From the NCBI RefSeq assembly GCF_037042905.1, contig NC_087254.1:26102001-26166000 (forward strand): a stretch of 64,000 nt of DNA, given 5' to 3'. The stretch's first letter is position 1. The number at the start of each line of letters is the position of its first letter. Positions 58,826 through 64,000 of the stretch are shown here, in pieces. A program made the position numbers and the translations under genes. Below the pieces are notes generated by a model. It was given only the letters and a program-made list of their open reading frames with translations. It was not told the origin of the DNA and did no database searches. Source of the DNA: Lytechinus pictus (lineage: Eukaryota).

Positions 58826-60607
58826 TTGTCCCACTACACTTGCAGATGCACAGAGGATGTAAAACGGAAAAGAATCTTGCCATCCGTTGTAAAACGTTAT
58901 ATGTATTCGTTGTGCATTCTTTGCAGACGTGTTTCATACGCCCTATATCCATCGAGCATCCGTCCACAGTGATTTCATTGTTCGCCCATTTTGTTCATTG
59001 CCTGGAGCGGATGAAAACGGATGGAGCCACCCCGAAATTGTGCTTGTCAATTGTATCCGTTATACGTTTTGTCTGCCAATAGTACCAGGCCTTAAGTGCC
59101 CGAACGGGTTTGAACATTGTATCTTACGAGTCGTTTTCTGTAGACCTATACTCGGATATGTTGCCAGTTATTGAGATCGTAATCCAAGGCTAATACCATT
59201 GAAACATTTGCTTAACGTCAAACTTCTGTCCCAATAATGGTTTGGCATATCCTTTGAAAATTATTTTGGATATATATTGAATTGATCAGATTTAAATGCG
59301 AGATAGTGCTTGCAAATATCGATTCTGAGCAAAACCGATTCGTTATTTATTTATTTTTTTTTTGGGTGGGGGGTAGCAAAAAACTATATTTTGATACCTT
59401 TGTCTTCAATCAATGACTAAATCAAAATGATATAGGATTCTAAACAGGAATTTTGTCCATTCAAATTAAACACAGTCTTTGAGTTATCTACCCTTTTCAG
59501 AGAGCTAGGTTTATGCACTCAAATCTATCCTTTATTTCCCTCTCCTTTTGATGGCAATTCATTAAGTTCTCCCGGAAAAGGTTTGTATAATAGGTCGAGA
59601 CGGTCGCCTATTTCATTGCAGCTGCTTAGGCCACAGCAGCCTACAGGCAAGGAATTACCAAGAACATGATAAAGTAAGAGTTAAAGTAAGCGAGTAGAAA
59701 TAGAGGGGGAAAGAAGAAGGAAATGAGGAAAGAGCAAAGAGGCATATAAAGAGAGGGTGATGTGATAAGGCGAAGTGATGAAGAGAAGGGGAGAGAGTGA
59801 ATTAGGGAGTGGAGGGGAAGCAAGAAGGAGAGAAGGGGGAGTTAAAGACAGATAGAGGCAGGTATAAAGTGAAAAACATGTTTATGTAAACATGATTAGA
59901 ATAGTATATACGTTTTGTAAACGATTAGTAATGAAAAAAATCTAAGAGAAAAAATACAAAGCTAACGCAACCATGGGGGGGGGGGGGGGGGGGCTAGGCG
60001 GCAGCCCATAAGATCAAAGAAAAAACAAAGTGGAAAAACGGGAAAAAGACAAAAGTATTAGGAAACAGGGACTTGATCGTCGAACTGAATTTGCATGGCG
60101 TGTAGCGACAAAAAATAAACCAATCTTTCAAGATTACGTTGATTGTCGGTGAGAATTTTGTTTTTCCAATGGATGATTAATGTTTAATTGATCAGCCATT
60201 CAAAGATACTTGAAGTTGCGTTCTTGGCCCATTTATCACTAAACAGTATTATTTGAAAAAAAATTGAAGTGGAAGCCATAGCAGGTGGTCAAGTTCCACT
60301 GCAAATTGAATTAGGCTAATTATGCATAATGTGCCCGAGTGTGAACAATGCTGTTATGCTTTTTGCTTTGAATCGACATGGATTGACAGTTATTTTTATG
60401 ACTTTTATCGAATCCTGTTCAGTTTGACTAAAACACTGGTTCCTTTGATAGACACAAAACATAGCTCACGAGACAGAAAGCAGTGGTGAGATTTTGTCAC
60501 CTTCCTGCCATGTTTTGTTGTTTGATGTGTTTATATTCAAGTCATGTTCAGCGCGCTTTAATAATGTGCAACCTTGCATACTATTTGATAATTCATTTTG
60601 TTCAGTG

Positions 60608-60758
60608 NNNNNNNNNNNNNNNNNNNNNNNNNNNNNNNNNNNNNNNNNNNNNNNNNNNNNNNNNNNNNNNNNNNNNNNNNNNNNNNNNNNNNNNNNNNNN
60701 NNNNNNNNNNNNNNNNNNNNNNNNNNNNNNNNNNNNNNNNNNNNNNNNNNNNNNNNNN
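60608..60758. other. Assembly gap (N run)
   Basis: Direct reading. Confidence 1.
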
Positions 60759-63141
60759 GCTGTACGATTTTAAAAATAGTTGCGATTTTGACACAACTAT
60801 AAAAGTCAAAATGTAATTCGCTGGAAATCCGGTAACCAATTGCCTGTGTCAAAAAAGTGTAAAATTGACTACAATCCATGGTTTTAGATAAAGCACAGAA
60901 CAGAAAAAATTATTTTATAGTTTTTATAGTTTAATTTTTACCCACATGTGCAATGCAAAGTATCCTTTTTTAAATTTTCTGACGAGTTACCATTTACCAA
61001 AGTGCTATGTAAAGTGTCTTCTTTTACCCATATTCATTCACGTGGATATCTTACTAACTTATGCTGTGTAAAGCTCGTTTTGGATGTTCATTTTTTAACA
61101 ATACTGAACATGTGTCTTTCCCCTTATGTTAAAATGTTACGTAATGTGTTAAGATATTATACCAAAATAGGTAAGATAATGTAGTTTCTAAATGTATTCA
61201 ACACCAATAAATCTTTCAGATACTTCCAATATTAATTGAGGAACATATACCAGTAGATGAATTTATTTTGTCAACTCCAACCAGTTTTGGTTAGATTTTA
61301 TTCGAATGCTAATTAAATATGTACCTTTAAAAAATGTGTTATTTATTGTTAGCGATATATTCATTTTTCTTAAAAAAGATGAAAACAACCCAACAACTTC
61401 AGGTTCTTATTTCTGATACACCGAGAATAATACACCGATTTTTAAACTGGTGAAAAAGTTCGAGTCACCTTTTTGTCAGCCTGTCGCAAACAAAATACCC
61501 GGCTCCCCCTTTTGAATAGCAACTCTGTAACAGATTGTAATATGAATTTGGATAATATACACTTAAACAATGTGGTAACTACAGACTGAATATACAAGGA
61601 TGGTGTAAGTAAGTGTAACATTTATTTCTAAAAGAAGAACTCATATGATTAGCGGTATAAGAGGCAGAAACTTGGTATAAATTTCTTTGAAGAGTAACTC
61701 ACCAAGGTAACAAGTGATTAAATTCCACTTTATATTGGAATCCCAGTCTAAATCTTCAATTTTCTATCCCCGCATCATAAAATGGAATTACTCATTATCG
61801 TCAAAGATTATTACTTTCAAGCTTAGAAAAGATATATTTTCGTGGTAGTTTTGCTCACTCGTATAGTTATCGAGTAAAAAAAATTAAGAAAAAGTTAATT
61901 TTTGTTCTAATCTATTCAATACATTTGAATTTAAATCATCTGAGATATAAACAGATATCTTTAGGATCAAATAAAAGTGGAATTTGATGGGTCTTTACAA
62001 CCAAAACCGATTTGGATTAATCTTGACCTATTTTGGTGTAATATTTTACATAACATTCTACGCAACAATGTTTTTGGTTAGAGATACTTGCATTTGGATG
62101 AAAAAATAGAAAAAATAAGATTAGATCGACTTGACACATTCGATTTAATACAATGCATTTGGACATTTTAGAAAAATACCTTCATTCCCATATGGCTGTT
62201 GATATTGAAGCGAAAATGAGAAAGAAAATCTCAGCTCTTGCATAGAGCTGAGAGTCGGTGTCATCGCCGCGCTCGTCTTGTAAACTCATCAGAGTTAATT
62301 TGTTGTTTTTAGATGTGATGTCACAAGAACTAATTTCCAGCTTATTGTGCGGGTCGTCTCGGCGTGTAATGACCGTCAGACTCGCTTAGCGGTCTAATCA
62401 GTCACATGGAGAGGGTTTTTTGCCTATGCCTTGCAAGCGAAAACACACATGGCATTGGGTAGAATTCATCAGGAGTATATGCGATTTTACTCTTTAGCCA
62501 GTTAGTATTTCAGTAGTGAACCTTTTGTGGCGTCATTATATTCTTTACAAATCCTGCAAACTAGATCAACTCGGACATAATGAAATGAATAACAAATAAT
62601 TATAACTCACTATTTATGATGATAATGATGATAACTTCTAATTTACCCCGGGTAGCCACTTCAGCTCTTATACTGCTGTATATATCCTTTTCTTGCTCAA
62701 ATGACGTGATTTTTGTATTGCATCAAGTGCCGACTTTTCAAACAATAAAGGAGGGATATACGCTACTTCAATGCCATCTTCATTGAACAAAAGGAAAGTT
62801 TACTATCTACCATGATCTACTGACACTATAACAAGGAAAATATATCACTGCAATTCGTACTTCATTAGTATACATGCCGTTAACAAAACTAAGAAGGGAA
62901 ATGTTAGCAATATAATTTCACATTTTAAGAACACAGCTGCCACATACATATAGTTGCCCTTCATCTAAAGTTGCTTTCTATCTACTTTAGATAGCACTAC
63001 GTGTTTCTAATCAATCTATGTGATTCCTGACAAGTGTAATACATTTTGATGCATGTCTGCAATGAAAAAAATGTTTCTTCTATCATCTATTGATATTACT
63101 CATAGGCCTACCTCCTAAGTACATAATACAACTATCCTATG

Positions 63142-63308
63142 CACTGTAAAACATGAAGTGCTAATTTAGCACTTACAGTCCTTGTATAGTGACTGCACTA
63201 TGAGTGCTGATTTTCTAGTTCAAATTCAAACTAGAAAATTAGCACTCGTAGTGCAGTCACTGTATAAAGCACTGTAATTGCTTAATTAGCACTTCATTTT
63301 TTACAGTG
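63142..63308. mobile_element. Palindromic CACTA-like MITE
   Basis: TG|CACTGTAAAA...tgaagtgctaatt / aattagcacttca...TTTTACAGTG|TG. Confidence 0.85.
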
Positions 63309-64000
63309 TGTATATGAACATTTCTTTGCCCAAAAGATCATCAAACGCTGCCACTTAAATAGATTCCTGTACTTAATGTGTTTTCAATTTCATCAATAAT
63401 CTTGTTCCAAACCCACTAAAATACTTACAGAATATCATAAGCAACTAACTGTAAATCACCTTATTTTTAATTTTCGTTACACGTGTTCTCTTTTTTGGCG
63501 CTTTATGCACTTTTTGAAATTAATGTCGGAAACAGAAATCTGTGAATTTGATAATATTTTCATATGAATAAAACAGTCGCTGTCTAGACTTAGTGAGTAT
63601 AATGTTAAACACAATATGATTCGACATATGTTATGGCAAATAACGGTAGACAGGTAGAGTCGTCACAATAGATACCCCTTTGCACAGCCTCAGACCCACT
63701 CGTACGTGTTCGTGTAAGAGAAAAGGAGATCTAAAACTGATACACTCAAGGCACCCCCATCCTTGGTCGTTTCAGGTTTCGCCATCGAAGTGGCCGAGAC
63801 TCTCTCTGGGAGAGATCACGGGGAAATACGTACTTGGAACTTCGTCTCGTGTTACCTCAGCCGGCGGGCATGGGCTGCTCTTTTAATCACGATTTTATCA
63901 TTAGTTTTGTTTTTCAAGAATGGTAGCCCGACATGGCCATATTACCTGAAGGACCCCTATTGACATGCTTGACATTAGGGCCGGGGTGATCTGTGTATTC

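Noticed and set aside
17089-58972. RAG/Transib recombination-signal sequences (scattered CACAGTG heptamers)
   Set aside because: I saw no properly spaced nonamer or paired termini, and no RAG/Transib-like ORF.

Overview
AT-rich, intron-containing invertebrate genomic DNA. The repeat landscape and gene content look echinoderm/sea-urchin-like (inference only). There are two assembly gaps. I spliced two genes by hand with consistent GT-AG phases. (1) On +, 2572-13611, the 3' part (14 exons, about 1497 aa in window) of a type-I membrane protein: at least 5 TSP1 repeats, 2 LamG domains, an Ig domain, a TM helix, and a ~680-aa acidic, poly-proline cytoplasmic tail. Its 5' end lies upstream of the window, beyond an antisense decayed LINE. 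(2) On -, 18299-33908, a complete 13-coding-exon, 502-aa CYP46A1-like cytochrome P450, probably with extra upstream exons at 36.2 and 36.8 kb that could add an in-frame N-terminal extension. From 37 to 64 kb the window is essentially non-coding, with a candidate promoter and first exon near 43.6-44.55 kb followed by GC-richer islands. Many non-autonomous DNA transposons are present, most with recognisable TIRs and many with TSDs (Harbinger-, Kolobok-, hAT-, CACTA-, MULE/Merlin-like and Helentron-like). I found no CRISPR array, rRNA or intact tRNA. The most interesting candidates are the unusual adhesion receptor whose tail resembles an actin-assembly platform, the possible glycosylatable N-terminal extension of the CYP46, twin composite Harbinger MITEs, and transposons carrying ~110-bp-periodic GCGAAGC mini-hairpin motifs.
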